Shown one piece after another: positions 8,961 through 17,900 of a DNA stretch of 45,811 nucleotides (the first letter of the stretch is position 1; every line of letters starts with the position of its first letter). Source of the DNA: a virus (taxonomy: Duplodnaviria > Caudoviricetes); IMG/VR virus record IMGVR_UViG_3300032212_000028, positions 1 to 45,811 of that record. One strand, 5' to 3'. Made by a program: the position numbers and the translations under genes. Under the pieces are notes generated by a model, which saw nothing but the letters and a program-made list of their open reading frames with translations, was not told where the DNA came from and searched no databases.

Positions 8961-11053
8961 TAGATATTCCTCGTCAAATTAAAACCCTGTCTTACTGACT
9001 CAGCAGAATCCCCCCGCCCACTAGCTAAGCTTGAATTTACCTGGTCAACCGCTTGATTGACTGCGCGACCGATTGATATTTGTAATTCCCCTTGCGTAAC
9101 AAATGGCTCACCTACTTCAACTAAATCGGGAGCATTATTATTTACTGTGACATTCATGCCGCCACCGCCGCCCATTGCCATGCTAGTGGCTGGTATTATT
9201 TGCCCACCTGACTGACCCGACAGCAAGAACTGTTTTGATCCTTGCACTAATAGCTCTGGCTGGCCATTCTCATTAACAGGATGCATAACTCCTTGAGATA
9301 CATTGCCGCCTGCCTGCCTCCCGCCACCTTTTAGCGCATTTCTGGCAGTCGCTATAGTAGCAAGAGCTTGAGCGATAAAAGGTAGCGCTTGCGGAAAACC
9401 AAGCTCGCTCGTTTTAGATATTGCTTTAGCTGCTGATATGCCTATCTGTGCCGCTGCGGCTGTCTTACCGTCAGCAATTCCCGCCTGCTCCAATGATGAT
9501 GCTGTCTTTTGCGCGTCGTCCAAATTAAAGTTTAACTTATCTTTTGTGTCTTTGTCGTTGATAACTTTTTTTGCATTTGCCTTACCCTCTGCCGCTTGAG
9601 CATTGCGCCGCTCTTTCATTTCCTTCTTTAATTGCTTGATGCGTTCTTCTGTTTGTTTTTTAAGATTTTCCGTTTCGTTTAACCCTGCATCAATTGCAGA
9701 TTGCGAAGCTTCTAGCTTTATTGTTTCAAGCTCTTGAACGGCTAACACCTCGCGCAACAACTGATCTTGTCTTATCAATAGTTGCTCTTCGTTAAATGCG
9801 GTTAGATTCGCAGATACCTCTTTGGATTGATTCGCCGCGTTTTCAAATGATTCAGCTACATTATCAAGCCCAACAAATTCAAACAACCTCTGGAAGTCTC
9901 TCTGAACGCTCCCTATGAAGTCAAAAAATCCTGCTTTAACTTTATTAATAGCGCTAAACATTGCATCTTTAAATCCGTTAGAAATGTTTAACCAGACTAT
10001 ATCGATTATCGAACTAAGCTTAATGAATGCCTGAGATACTTCGCCTACAATTATAGCGACTATACCTTTTAGATTGACTGGCAATTCTTTGATTGACTTA
10101 AAAACAAAGCCTACGCCATCTTTAACTAAGCCCCACGATCTAGCTAAATCGAAAGTGTCCTCGACCAGCTCTTTTGCTTCTCCTGTTGAGCCTTCCAGGT
10201 TGATTAAAAACTCCTTTATTCCTAGAACCATGTTATCAATTCCTGGAACTAGATCTTCCTCGATTATCTCGCTAATCTCTTTCATAGATTCGGCTATATC
10301 TTCGGTTATCCCAAGCCCATTGTCTATTTCTTGCACTGCTACAGCAAAAGAGTTTTGAATCATTCCGCTTGCCCTTTCTACCGTCAAAGGCATATCAGCG
10401 AATTTTTTGTTGATTGATTCCGTTTGCCCCTCTAAAGTTTTAAACACATCCTCTGATAGCAACTTCCCATCAATAACCATTTTTCGCAATTCGCCAACAC
10501 TGACACCCATACCGTCGGCGATAGCCTTAGCGATTAAAGGGGTATTTTCTACAATCGAATTAAACTCTTCAGCCCTTACCACGCCGCCAGCCATGGCTTG
10601 ACCAAATTGGAGCATGGCATTACCCATTTGCTCAGCACTAGATCCACCAATAGCCCCCAGCTTGTTAAGATTAGAAGTCATTTGGACTATTTGATCTGAG
10701 GTTGCCCCAATGGATTCGCCAGATATCAATAGCTGTTGTGCGAGAGTTCCTACTGACTGTATAGATGCGCCTGTTTCTTTCGCTATATCGCGAATACCTT
10801 TTCTTACTATCCTGAAATCTTTTGCTGATTTTGTTACGTTGCGAATGCGAGCGTCTAACTGATTCATGCGATCAGCTATCATAACTGTGTTTTTTATGAC
10901 TTGAAAAGATAGGGCGGCTGCGATTGCTGCACCCACGCGGCTGAAAGATTTTTCCATACTTCCAGCGGTTCTTTTTACTTCCTTGTTGGCTCGATTTAGA
11001 TCGGAAGTATCAGCACCTATATCAACTTGTAATTCACCTAGTCTAAGCGCCAT
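8960..11053 (-). CDS. Tape measure protein
   Basis: QFGQAMAGGVVRAEEFNSIVENTP tape-measure motif; C-terminal GGRQAGG...VNENGQPEL. Confidence 0.95.
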   Translation of the reverse strand: MALRLGELQVDIGADTSDLNRANKEVKRTAGSMEKSFSRVGAAIAAALSFQVIKNTVMIADRMNQLDARIRNVTKSAKDFRIVRKGIRDIAKETGASIQSVGTLAQQLLISGESIGATSDQIVQMTSNLNKLGAIGGSSAEQMGNAMLQFGQAMAGGVVRAEEFNSIVENTPLIAKAIADGMGVSVGELRKMVIDGKLLSEDVFKTLEGQTESINKKFADMPLTVERASGMIQNSFAVAVQEIDNGLGITEDIAESMKEISEIIEEDLVPGIDNMVLGIKEFLINLEGSTGEAKELVEDTFDLARSWGLVKDGVGFVFKSIKELPVNLKGIVAIIVGEVSQAFIKLSSIIDIVWLNISNGFKDAMFSAINKVKAGFFDFIGSVQRDFQRLFEFVGLDNVAESFENAANQSKEVSANLTAFNEEQLLIRQDQLLREVLAVQELETIKLEASQSAIDAGLNETENLKKQTEERIKQLKKEMKERRNAQAAEGKANAKKVINDKDTKDKLNFNLDDAQKTASSLEQAGIADGKTAAAAQIGISAAKAISKTSELGFPQALPFIAQALATIATARNALKGGGRQAGGNVSQGVMHPVNENGQPELLVQGSKQFLLSGQSGGQIIPATSMAMGGGGGMNVTVNNNAPDLVEVGEPFVTQGELQISIGRAVNQAVDQVNSSLASGRGDSAESVRQGFNLTRNI

Positions 11054-11315
11054 CTTCTTTAGCCTTTTTGATCCTTTCTTTTAATTCATGAAGTTTTCCA
11101 AGCGTCATTTCATCGGGCTTGCTACCCTTTTCGTCTAACCCATTTTTTAAGTAAAAAACGGACTTATGAGCTTGAAACTGACCCATAGACATGTCCCAAA
11201 AATCCACGCTTGATATACCCATAAAAAGGGCTGTTTTCTCAAACTCGTCGATGGGGAAAAGTTTAATTTTTTCAGCTTCTGGATCTTCTCGTCCAGTAGA
11301 AGCTCTGACTTTTTT
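11043..11315 (-). CDS. Tail chaperone GT extension reached by -1 frameshift (not in ORF track)
   Basis: In-frame A AAA AAG at 11315-11309; the -1 frame reads VRASTGRED...MGISSVDFWDMSMGQF...KAKEDGA* with a gpT-like FW-x-M motif and ends overlapping the tape-measure start. Confidence 0.85.
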   Translation of the reverse strand, partial: KKVRASTGREDPEAEKIKLFPIDEFEKTALFMGISSVDFWDMSMGQFQAHKSVFYLKNGLDEKGSKPDEMTLGKLHELKERIKKAKEDGA

Positions 11316-11635
11316 ATGTCACCGATCATAGAATCACTTAATAACTTGTAACACAAGAACCAGCATTCCTGTAGTCCAAACATCGATATTAGATTCTCTG
11401 CTGTCTTTTCTGGATTGTTGATTGGCTCTTTGTTGATGGAAACCATACTGCAACTCAAAATATCTATCACAGAATCAAGATCGCATTTGCCAGACGAAAA
11501 GCTATCATAGATCTCCATCGGGTCATACGAGCTGTTTTCTTTTAGGCTTTGTAGAAATTTAAAATCAGCTTTGAATAAATATAGATCATTACCAACTAAA
11601 ACTTCTTGCAACCCTAATTTTCGACTGCTAGCCAT
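11147..11635 (-). CDS. Tail assembly chaperone (gpG-like)
   Basis: Between tail tube and tape measure; contains the slippery site. Confidence 0.8.
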   Translation of the reverse strand: MASSRKLGLQEVLVGNDLYLFKADFKFLQSLKENSSYDPMEIYDSFSSGKCDLDSVIDILSCSMVSINKEPINNPEKTAENLISMFGLQECWFLCYKLLSDSMIGDIKKSELLLDEKIQKLKKLNFSPSTSLRKQPFLWVYQAWIFGTCLWVSFKLISPFFT

Positions 11636-11976
11636 TACTGACCCACTTTAGCCACTGCCAAGGTTAGATCAACCTCTGAGTCATACGTCATGCTGACTAT
11701 ACCGTTCGACGTGTGAGATTGAGGGACGCTAAAATGCGTATCGCCACTTGCAGGAACTGTAATCACAACATCTGGAACAGTCAAACTACCAGCAACAGGC
11801 GAAATAACTGGATCAATAACCGCAGTAATTGTAATTGTGGTTGTGCCAACCGTCGATTTGACCGCATGGACGAATGTTTGATCGTCATTTGGGAACGTGT
11901 CGCCAGCCGCAGCAGCCGCTGTATGGGTAAGCCCGCCAGTTGCCTTGGTTACTTTTTGCACAGACAATAAAGCCAT
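11635..11976 (-). CDS. Putative tail decoration / small virion beta protein
   Basis: AAAAGDTFPND...DVVITVPASG beta-rich motif; directly after the tail tube gene. Confidence 0.55.
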   Translation of the reverse strand: MALLSVQKVTKATGGLTHTAAAAAGDTFPNDDQTFVHAVKSTVGTTTITITAVIDPVISPVAGSLTVPDVVITVPASGDTHFSVPQSHTSNGIVSMTYDSEVDLTLAVAKVGQ

Positions 11977-11988
11977 TTTATTTTACTC

Positions 11989-12408
11989 CTATGAATATGT
12001 TATTACGCCAGAATTTTGTAAGCTCATGCTGAATTGGACTATGTCTTGTTCTTCGCCGGTCTTACCAAATGATGTGATGTTAAAAGTCCCGTCGTGGGTT
12101 TCTAATTCGTCACTCAGTCTGAATCGAGCAGTTGGGTCGCTAGAATTCGCAATAGTAGCCAGCGCTTTATAAGCAATTAAAGTGCCGCTAGAGCGCTTAT
12201 CAACTACGCCACTACCTGACAGCGTCACAGTCGAATAACCAACATAGCAAGCCTCTGTCTCGTTGCCTGTCGTAGATTGGTTGGTAACGTCTGAAACTGG
12301 GTTATCTCGCGTGAATTCTCGTGTGTTAATCCCGCCAACCTCTTTAAACACACCGCCGTCAAAAATTTCTAACAACAGGGTGCGACCTTGTAAATTATTT
12401 GATGCCAT
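11989..12408 (-). CDS. Major tail tube protein
   Basis: GRTLLLEI...DVTNQ...TLSGSG...GTFNITSF..TGE.QD.VQFSMSLQNSG tail-tube pattern. Confidence 0.85.
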   Translation of the reverse strand: MASNNLQGRTLLLEIFDGGVFKEVGGINTREFTRDNPVSDVTNQSTTGNETEACYVGYSTVTLSGSGVVDKRSSGTLIAYKALATIANSSDPTARFRLSDELETHDGTFNITSFGKTGEEQDIVQFSMSLQNSGVITYS

Positions 12409-12420
12409 TTTGTAGACCTC

Positions 12421-12813
12421 CTACAATGGGTTTCTAAATGTTGAATAATTAGCAGTAAATACCGCCCTGTCGTTTTTGTCCCGACCTATTCCGGTTGGGG
12501 CGCTTATTGGAAAGAAGCTCAAATAATCCTCTCCATTAATCGTTGTCGTGCTTAGCGGTAATAAAAATTCGTGTATCGCCCTTAATTTATCGTGAGCTAA
12601 TTTGAGCGACTCTTTCTTTTTGCCTCGTGCCAGTATTTGAAACGTTGGCTGTTCTGACTGTAAAGCTAATGGTCTATCGATACTGCCAGTGTCTAACACT
12701 AAAACTTGCTCGTCCACGCCTTCAAGCCACGCCATCCCAGCCAAATCAGTTCCAAGTGTGCCGAAAGCATTGTCGTTTAACAAAGTCGCTATATCAAAGC
12801 TAACTGCATTCAA
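12421..12813 (-). CDS. Tail terminator / completion protein
   Basis: QPTFQILARG...IGRDKNDRAVFTANY; position before the tube gene. Confidence 0.7.
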   Translation of the reverse strand: MNAVSFDIATLLNDNAFGTLGTDLAGMAWLEGVDEQVLVLDTGSIDRPLALQSEQPTFQILARGKKKESLKLAHDKLRAIHEFLLPLSTTTINGEDYLSFFPISAPTGIGRDKNDRAVFTANYSTFRNPL

Positions 12814-13166
12814 AACCTAGCCCTTGATCTTATAATTTCTACTATCAATCTAGCGTTTCTTGATACAGCTTTCCACAAAAACCCTGAGCTTGTGCCTGGC
12901 TTGCTGAAATTGTTAGTCTCTGGCATTTCATGAACAAAATCAGCGTACTTAGCGTTATATCCTACCCTGACAGCACCTCTGCCTCTGCTACGCTGCAAAT
13001 CAACAAAGGATGAATTTATTAATACGCCTTTATCGTGTGGAACTATTTCATTAGATTCGCCCTCAACGAAAACACCAGCCGCCAACAGACCTCTTGAGAT
13101 ATCGCCCTCGATATTTCGTATCTCTCGGTTTAGGTTTCTTAGAACTTCTCTTCTGCCTCTAATCAC
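12810..13166 (-). CDS. Neck / tail completion protein (HK97 gp10-like)
   Basis: VPHDKGVLINS...VGYNAKYADFVHE motif. Confidence 0.8.
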   Translation of the reverse strand: MIRGRREVLRNLNREIRNIEGDISRGLLAAGVFVEGESNEIVPHDKGVLINSSFVDLQRSRGRGAVRVGYNAKYADFVHEMPETNNFSKPGTSSGFLWKAVSRNARLIVEIIRSRARF

Positions 13167-13480
13167 TGCGCTAACACCATATACATATCGCTCATTGATT
13201 GATTAGAAACATTTTTAATAATCATGAAAGCGTTATCAACAGGGCTATTATTGAATGTGCTATCGCCTTCGACAACGTAAGATCCAATAGGAATATTTGC
13301 CTTGCTGTAAACCGCTTTATTGATTGTTATTTGTTTACCTTCGTTATCAAACATAACTTCATTTCGATTAGCAATTCTAGCTTTAATTTTTACCGGGTTG
13401 CCCCAGGTTTTACCACCAAATCCATCATTAGTTAATGGCGTCCAATAAGTGGCCGTTTGAGGAAGTCTAAATCTACTCAT
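13163..13480 (-). CDS. Head closure (stopper) protein
   Basis: TATYW...DGFGG..W..PV.IKAR; position. Confidence 0.7.
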   Translation of the reverse strand: MSRFRLPQTATYWTPLTNDGFGGKTWGNPVKIKARIANRNEVMFDNEGKQITINKAVYSKANIPIGSYVVEGDSTFNNSPVDNAFMIIKNVSNQSMSDMYMVLAQ

Positions 13481-13856
13481 AACAGCCGCCTAACGCAGAA
13501 TAGGAAGCTGTTTGCAAATCTGCTTCCATCAAACAACCATTGGACATAGTGTTGGCCATTTGCCCGTATTGAGTCGATAGAATCCCGCCTTTATCGCTTT
13601 TTCCTCGCGAGTATACGTTTTGCGCATTCTCGAATCTCTCAGACTGTAAAGCTAAACTGGGGTCACTGACAGCCGCATAATGAGCGGATAGCCATTTTTC
13701 AACCTCTACTAATTCAGTTGGTAACAAGCTAGCTCCACACTCAGTGAGTGCAGCCCTGTCAACCAGCAAACTAGCCGATGTGATGTAAGGGGTCAAATCG
13801 CTGATATCAGTATCAGGAATTATCGCCCTCACTTCTGGATCGGTAACCCTAGCCAT
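13473..13856 (-). CDS. Head-tail adaptor
   Basis: EKWLSAHY...LSTQYGQMA motif; position after the capsid gene. Confidence 0.75.
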   Translation of the reverse strand: MARVTDPEVRAIIPDTDISDLTPYITSASLLVDRAALTECGASLLPTELVEVEKWLSAHYAAVSDPSLALQSERFENAQNVYSRGKSDKGGILSTQYGQMANTMSNGCLMEADLQTASYSALGGCYE

Positions 13857-13870
13857 AAGCTAACGCATCA

Positions 13871-14068
13871 CTAGGATGCGCTATCACCTTTCTTTTTAGA
13901 GCCAACATCAACCTTTTTTCCTGAGCCTTTGGCTAAGATTTTACCCTTAGACAATAGGCTTTTAGCGTCTTTGTCGTCCATTGCTAGTTCTGTGCCTTTA
14001 CTCACATGAGCCATTTTACCATCGACGTTCATGTAAAGCTTAGGATGTGCTACTATAAATTTACTCAT
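13871..14068 (-). CDS. Small basic head-associated protein
   Basis: Typical small gene directly after the major capsid gene. Confidence 0.55.
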   Translation of the reverse strand: MSKFIVAHPKLYMNVDGKMAHVSKGTELAMDDKDAKSLLSKGKILAKGSGKKVDVGSKKKGDSAS

Positions 14069-14071
14069 AAC

Positions 14072-15148
14072 TTAGTCCTTACCTGACATTGCACAGGTGT
14101 TTCCAAAAAAATCATCTCGAACTTCCCAACCAACCGCAGAAGCCACAACAAAATCATAATTTGCATTATAAATCTGCCTAGGCTGCGCCATTGTTGAAAT
14201 ACCCATTCCGACAAGAGGCCTAACTAAGCTATTCATAGGGAAAGCCATCATTTCGTTACCAGCCGTTGCCGCGCCAGAACCTAATTTATCAGATTCTTTG
14301 ATAGCTCCAACGCCGCGAAGTGATAACAACTCTTCTGCGATAGTTCCACCAACATATTGAGTGCTGAATTTGCGTTCCCAATTTGAGGCAATTTCGGTAC
14401 TAATATAATAAGTCAAATCATGACTACATTTGTTAGTTAGTCGCATAATGTCGCGAACCTGGATGAATGCCAACTTGATTGCATCAGGTGTTTGAGCGGT
14501 ATCAGTAAAATCAAAGTTAACTCCGCCAATACCAAAGTCAACCTGGGCCACTTTTGTGGAGTTTCTCATGCCTGACCATGATCGCCCATCGACAACTATA
14601 TTTTGACCGTTCTTGTCTAAATGACCATCCAAGAAAGTATCAGCCAAATGATTGCGATGCGCTGAAACGTTTTCTCGCTGATCATCAATCAAAGAATCGA
14701 ATCCTTCTGATTGATTAGCAGAGAATTCACGCCAGTTTCGAGAATACCCATTGTCATGTACTGGGATAATCGTACCTTCAACACTGAAATCAACACTATC
14801 AAACTTAACGCCGACTTGACCAGTCATAGAGGTTTGTACGTTTCCAGCGTCAGAAGCTCTACGATTTTCAAATGTCAGCTTTCCGATTGGTAATGAACGA
14901 GACATAGGCATCAAGTCATTTAAAAATGCGTCGCCCTCGTCTAATTTCATTCGCTCAACAGTGACATTGTCAAACTCTCTGAAAACTTCATCAGGGATGC
15001 GGCCAGCATTGACATTAAGCCCATGCGCTCGCATTTCTTGAGCGAATCTTTTTTCGTTAATGTTGAAACAGCTTCGCAATGCGTCACGCTCTTTAAGTTG
15101 GCGTTGTGCAGGCTTGCTATTTACAACTAAAGGTTTTGTAAAAATCAT
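14072..15148 (-). CDS. Major capsid protein
   Basis: 358 aa; GAGGA SD; LNDLMPMSRSLPIGK...IIPVHD.GYSRNWRE; head-module position. Confidence 0.85.
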   Translation of the reverse strand: MIFTKPLVVNSKPAQRQLKERDALRSCFNINEKRFAQEMRAHGLNVNAGRIPDEVFREFDNVTVERMKLDEGDAFLNDLMPMSRSLPIGKLTFENRRASDAGNVQTSMTGQVGVKFDSVDFSVEGTIIPVHDNGYSRNWREFSANQSEGFDSLIDDQRENVSAHRNHLADTFLDGHLDKNGQNIVVDGRSWSGMRNSTKVAQVDFGIGGVNFDFTDTAQTPDAIKLAFIQVRDIMRLTNKCSHDLTYYISTEIASNWERKFSTQYVGGTIAEELLSLRGVGAIKESDKLGSGAATAGNEMMAFPMNSLVRPLVGMGISTMAQPRQIYNANYDFVVASAVGWEVRDDFFGNTCAMSGKD

Positions 15149-15161
15149 TCTAAAATCCTCC

Positions 15162-15632
15162 TTAAGCCGCTACAACACGTACAAGCGTTACCGCCGCAGT
15201 GTTAATAATTTCATCGGCGTATGCCAGTATTTCTTCACTGGTTGCACCAACTGTTGCGGGAGTGACAGCAATCTTTAACGTGCCATCAGCGTTAGAGCTT
15301 AACGGTGTGCCGCTTGCTGTGATGTTTTGACCTGTTGCAACTAATGCATTAGCCATCTCTCCAGATCGTAGCTGGAAAGCAACCATGTTTTCATTAATCG
15401 TCCAAGCGTCATCAACCGTTTTGCCTCGTTGCTGGTCTTTGTCTGCGATTAATAAAGATGCGCCGAGAGTTGTAGCAGCTTGCGCGTTCTCATTAATTCC
15501 GGTTGCCGCCTGAGCGCATAAAGCCCCAGGTCTAACAGCGCTAAGCGCCTTGCCTTCAACATTTAAAGGCTTACCAGAATGACCGTGATCTGCTGGGCCT
15601 ACATAAATACTTCTTTTACCTTTGGTAGCCAT
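15162..15632 (-). CDS. Head decoration / cement protein
   Basis: Ala-rich 156 aa gene between scaffold and capsid. Confidence 0.7.
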   Translation of the reverse strand: MATKGKRSIYVGPADHGHSGKPLNVEGKALSAVRPGALCAQAATGINENAQAATTLGASLLIADKDQQRGKTVDDAWTINENMVAFQLRSGEMANALVATGQNITASGTPLSSNADGTLKIAVTPATVGATSEEILAYADEIINTAAVTLVRVVAA

Positions 15633-15644
15633 TGTTTAGCCTCC

Positions 15645-16991
15645 TTATTCCGGTAAATCTTCAACATTCGTTTTAATGAATGTATCAGGTTCTTCATTAA
15701 CATGCATCGTGCTACCGATGCCGTGCGAAACGCCGCAATTAGCTGCCATAGCCTTAGCTTTATCAAGTCCGAGGCTCTTGATATCTGACTCATCCAAACT
15801 AGGATACTTTTTAGAATTAACAATCGAAATTGCTAGCTTATCAAGCTCCTTGTCTGAATTTGCTGTTATTGTGGATTTTAGATTAGATATTTCTTCGTTA
15901 AGTGGGCTGATTGCTGCCGAAACAGCGTTAGCCACAATGTCAGAAAGCTCAGGTTTTGACTTGTCTTTATTAATTTTTAAAGATTCGTCGTATTTTGCCA
16001 TCAAATCAGAATCAGATATTTCGGCGTTCACCTCGATCCCTAACTCTTCTAGTTTAGCAATAATGGTATCACGCATAGCGTTATCCTCTTTTGATTCGGC
16101 GGCTTTGATTGGTTTAAACTCGGTTACGCGCTCCACCGGTATACGCGAACCTTGAATATTGATTTCGTCTTTTTCTATTGTGTAATTAGATTGGAATAAA
16201 TCTCCTTGTTTTGTTTCATAAACAAACCAATTGTCGTAAACTGAAATAGTCCAATTTTCGTAAGATACTAATCCTTCATTAATTTTTTTATGTAGCTTGC
16301 TCTCGATTTCGTGAAAAGATAGCTCAGAATTGGTTATATTGTTAACCGCTTTAACTTTCCGTTTCTTCTCGCCACAAACATAATGTTCCACTTTAATATC
16401 TTCTTTGTTTACTCCGATACCAGTCCCCTGATCTGGAGTTGATGCTCCGACGCTGTCTAACAGTATTGCATCGTGGTCAAAAATCATATCCTTAGCGACC
16501 CAAGTGTACTCTTGACCTCTTTCATTGGTCGAAAGCTCAACCTCTTCCATATCCAAGAACACACCAACACTGGTATGAATAGGTCTAGCCTGATCGTTAG
16601 TCTCGACCTCTTCAATCCTGTCCAGGAGTCGCTTTCCTTTCTCTGTCTTAAGTGCTTTCTGTACGTTGATAACTTTATCTAAAGCAATTCGATCATCATC
16701 GGTTATTCGAGCGTTCTCATTGAATGCGCCAAACCTAAAATCAAAATCTATTTCTGGATCATTGGCAGAAACGTAAACACCATCTATTTCTGGATGTTCA
16801 ACTGTGACAGGGGTTCTATTGAGAGACTCAAAGGACTTGTCCCTTTCCTCGGTAGGATATAAACCCCCATTCATTACAATGTTAGGAGGCAAGGTAAAAG
16901 AGGTTAGAACGATATGCTCTACCCCCTTTCTACTTTCGTGCTTTATGTTGGCACGATTTACTTTATGTGTACAAAATAAAAGTTTTTTCAT
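15645..16991 (-). CDS. Prohead protease-scaffold (DUF2213-like)
   Basis: IVMNGGLYP...HP...HTSVG...FDHDAILLDSVGASTP; helical acidic C-terminus. Confidence 0.8.
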   Translation of the reverse strand: MKKLLFCTHKVNRANIKHESRKGVEHIVLTSFTLPPNIVMNGGLYPTEERDKSFESLNRTPVTVEHPEIDGVYVSANDPEIDFDFRFGAFNENARITDDDRIALDKVINVQKALKTEKGKRLLDRIEEVETNDQARPIHTSVGVFLDMEEVELSTNERGQEYTWVAKDMIFDHDAILLDSVGASTPDQGTGIGVNKEDIKVEHYVCGEKKRKVKAVNNITNSELSFHEIESKLHKKINEGLVSYENWTISVYDNWFVYETKQGDLFQSNYTIEKDEINIQGSRIPVERVTEFKPIKAAESKEDNAMRDTIIAKLEELGIEVNAEISDSDLMAKYDESLKINKDKSKPELSDIVANAVSAAISPLNEEISNLKSTITANSDKELDKLAISIVNSKKYPSLDESDIKSLGLDKAKAMAANCGVSHGIGSTMHVNEEPDTFIKTNVEDLPE

Positions 16992-17057
16992 ATATTACAG
17001 GGCGTTTCACAACGAGCCAGTGACTAGTATACCTTATATTGACATTATAACAAAGCC

Positions 17058-17900
17058 TTAAGGCTCGCCTAACTCCCTTAACTCCTTTCTTTCTCTGTCG
17101 AATTTTTGTCGCTTGGCTTCAGTATCAGATTCTTTGATTACAGGAGATAACCCGCAGCGGCAATTCCAAGGGCTAATATTGATGTTTTTAAAGGCGTCCT
17201 CTCTTGAGAATATTCTGCCATGCCATCTTGCATGTAGGTGTCTAACCTTATTATCTCTTCTAGTTAGCCAACGCATTTTAATTTCCTCATCTAGAAAATC
17301 ACTAGCAACGTCTGCTTGATTGATCGTTCCCCTTTGATAAGCTTGTATTGTTTCTGTTTGTGCGATCAATCTTGCCCGGCTTCTACCTACCCCTATGCGG
17401 TTAGTTATCTCTCTTGTTAATTCGGCAATCCCCTTACCCTCCTGCGCTCCGTTAAATAGGATATTTCTCATCGTTCTAGTCATTTCCTGAGAAAGTCCCG
17501 ACAAAGCCTCAAATGATCGAGTATAAAGGAATCCTAGGGCTTCTTGATGAACGGGGCTGATGGTTGATGGTACGATGGCTAGTAGCTGAGATGGAGAGGT
17601 AGTTACTGGAACTATTCTCTCAAGTTCTGCCGATAATCTTTGGATTGCTAATTGATATGAACGCCTTTGATATTCCTCTTGCCAGCTTCCTACAATTAGC
17701 CTGTCTAACTCACTTTGAACAAATGTTATGTAATTTGATAGTAAGTTTGGATCAATGCTGAATTCATTGACAAATAATCTATTTATCCCTTTAAATTCGG
17801 AAAGTATTGACTTTTTGAACGCGGCAAACCGTTTATTTATTTCACGATTCCATGCCTTCTCGATACCCCTAGTTTTGGTCGGGTTGCTCGATATCGCCAT
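17058..17900 (-). CDS. Head morphogenesis protein (SPP1 gp7 / Mu F-like)
   Basis: RARLIAQTET...W....D.KVRHLHA..HG...NCRC; start taken at MAISSNPT. Confidence 0.9.
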   Translation of the reverse strand: MAISSNPTKTRGIEKAWNREINKRFAAFKKSILSEFKGINRLFVNEFSIDPNLLSNYITFVQSELDRLIVGSWQEEYQRRSYQLAIQRLSAELERIVPVTTSPSQLLAIVPSTISPVHQEALGFLYTRSFEALSGLSQEMTRTMRNILFNGAQEGKGIAELTREITNRIGVGRSRARLIAQTETIQAYQRGTINQADVASDFLDEEIKMRWLTRRDNKVRHLHARWHGRIFSREDAFKNINISPWNCRCGLSPVIKESDTEAKRQKFDRERKELRELGEP

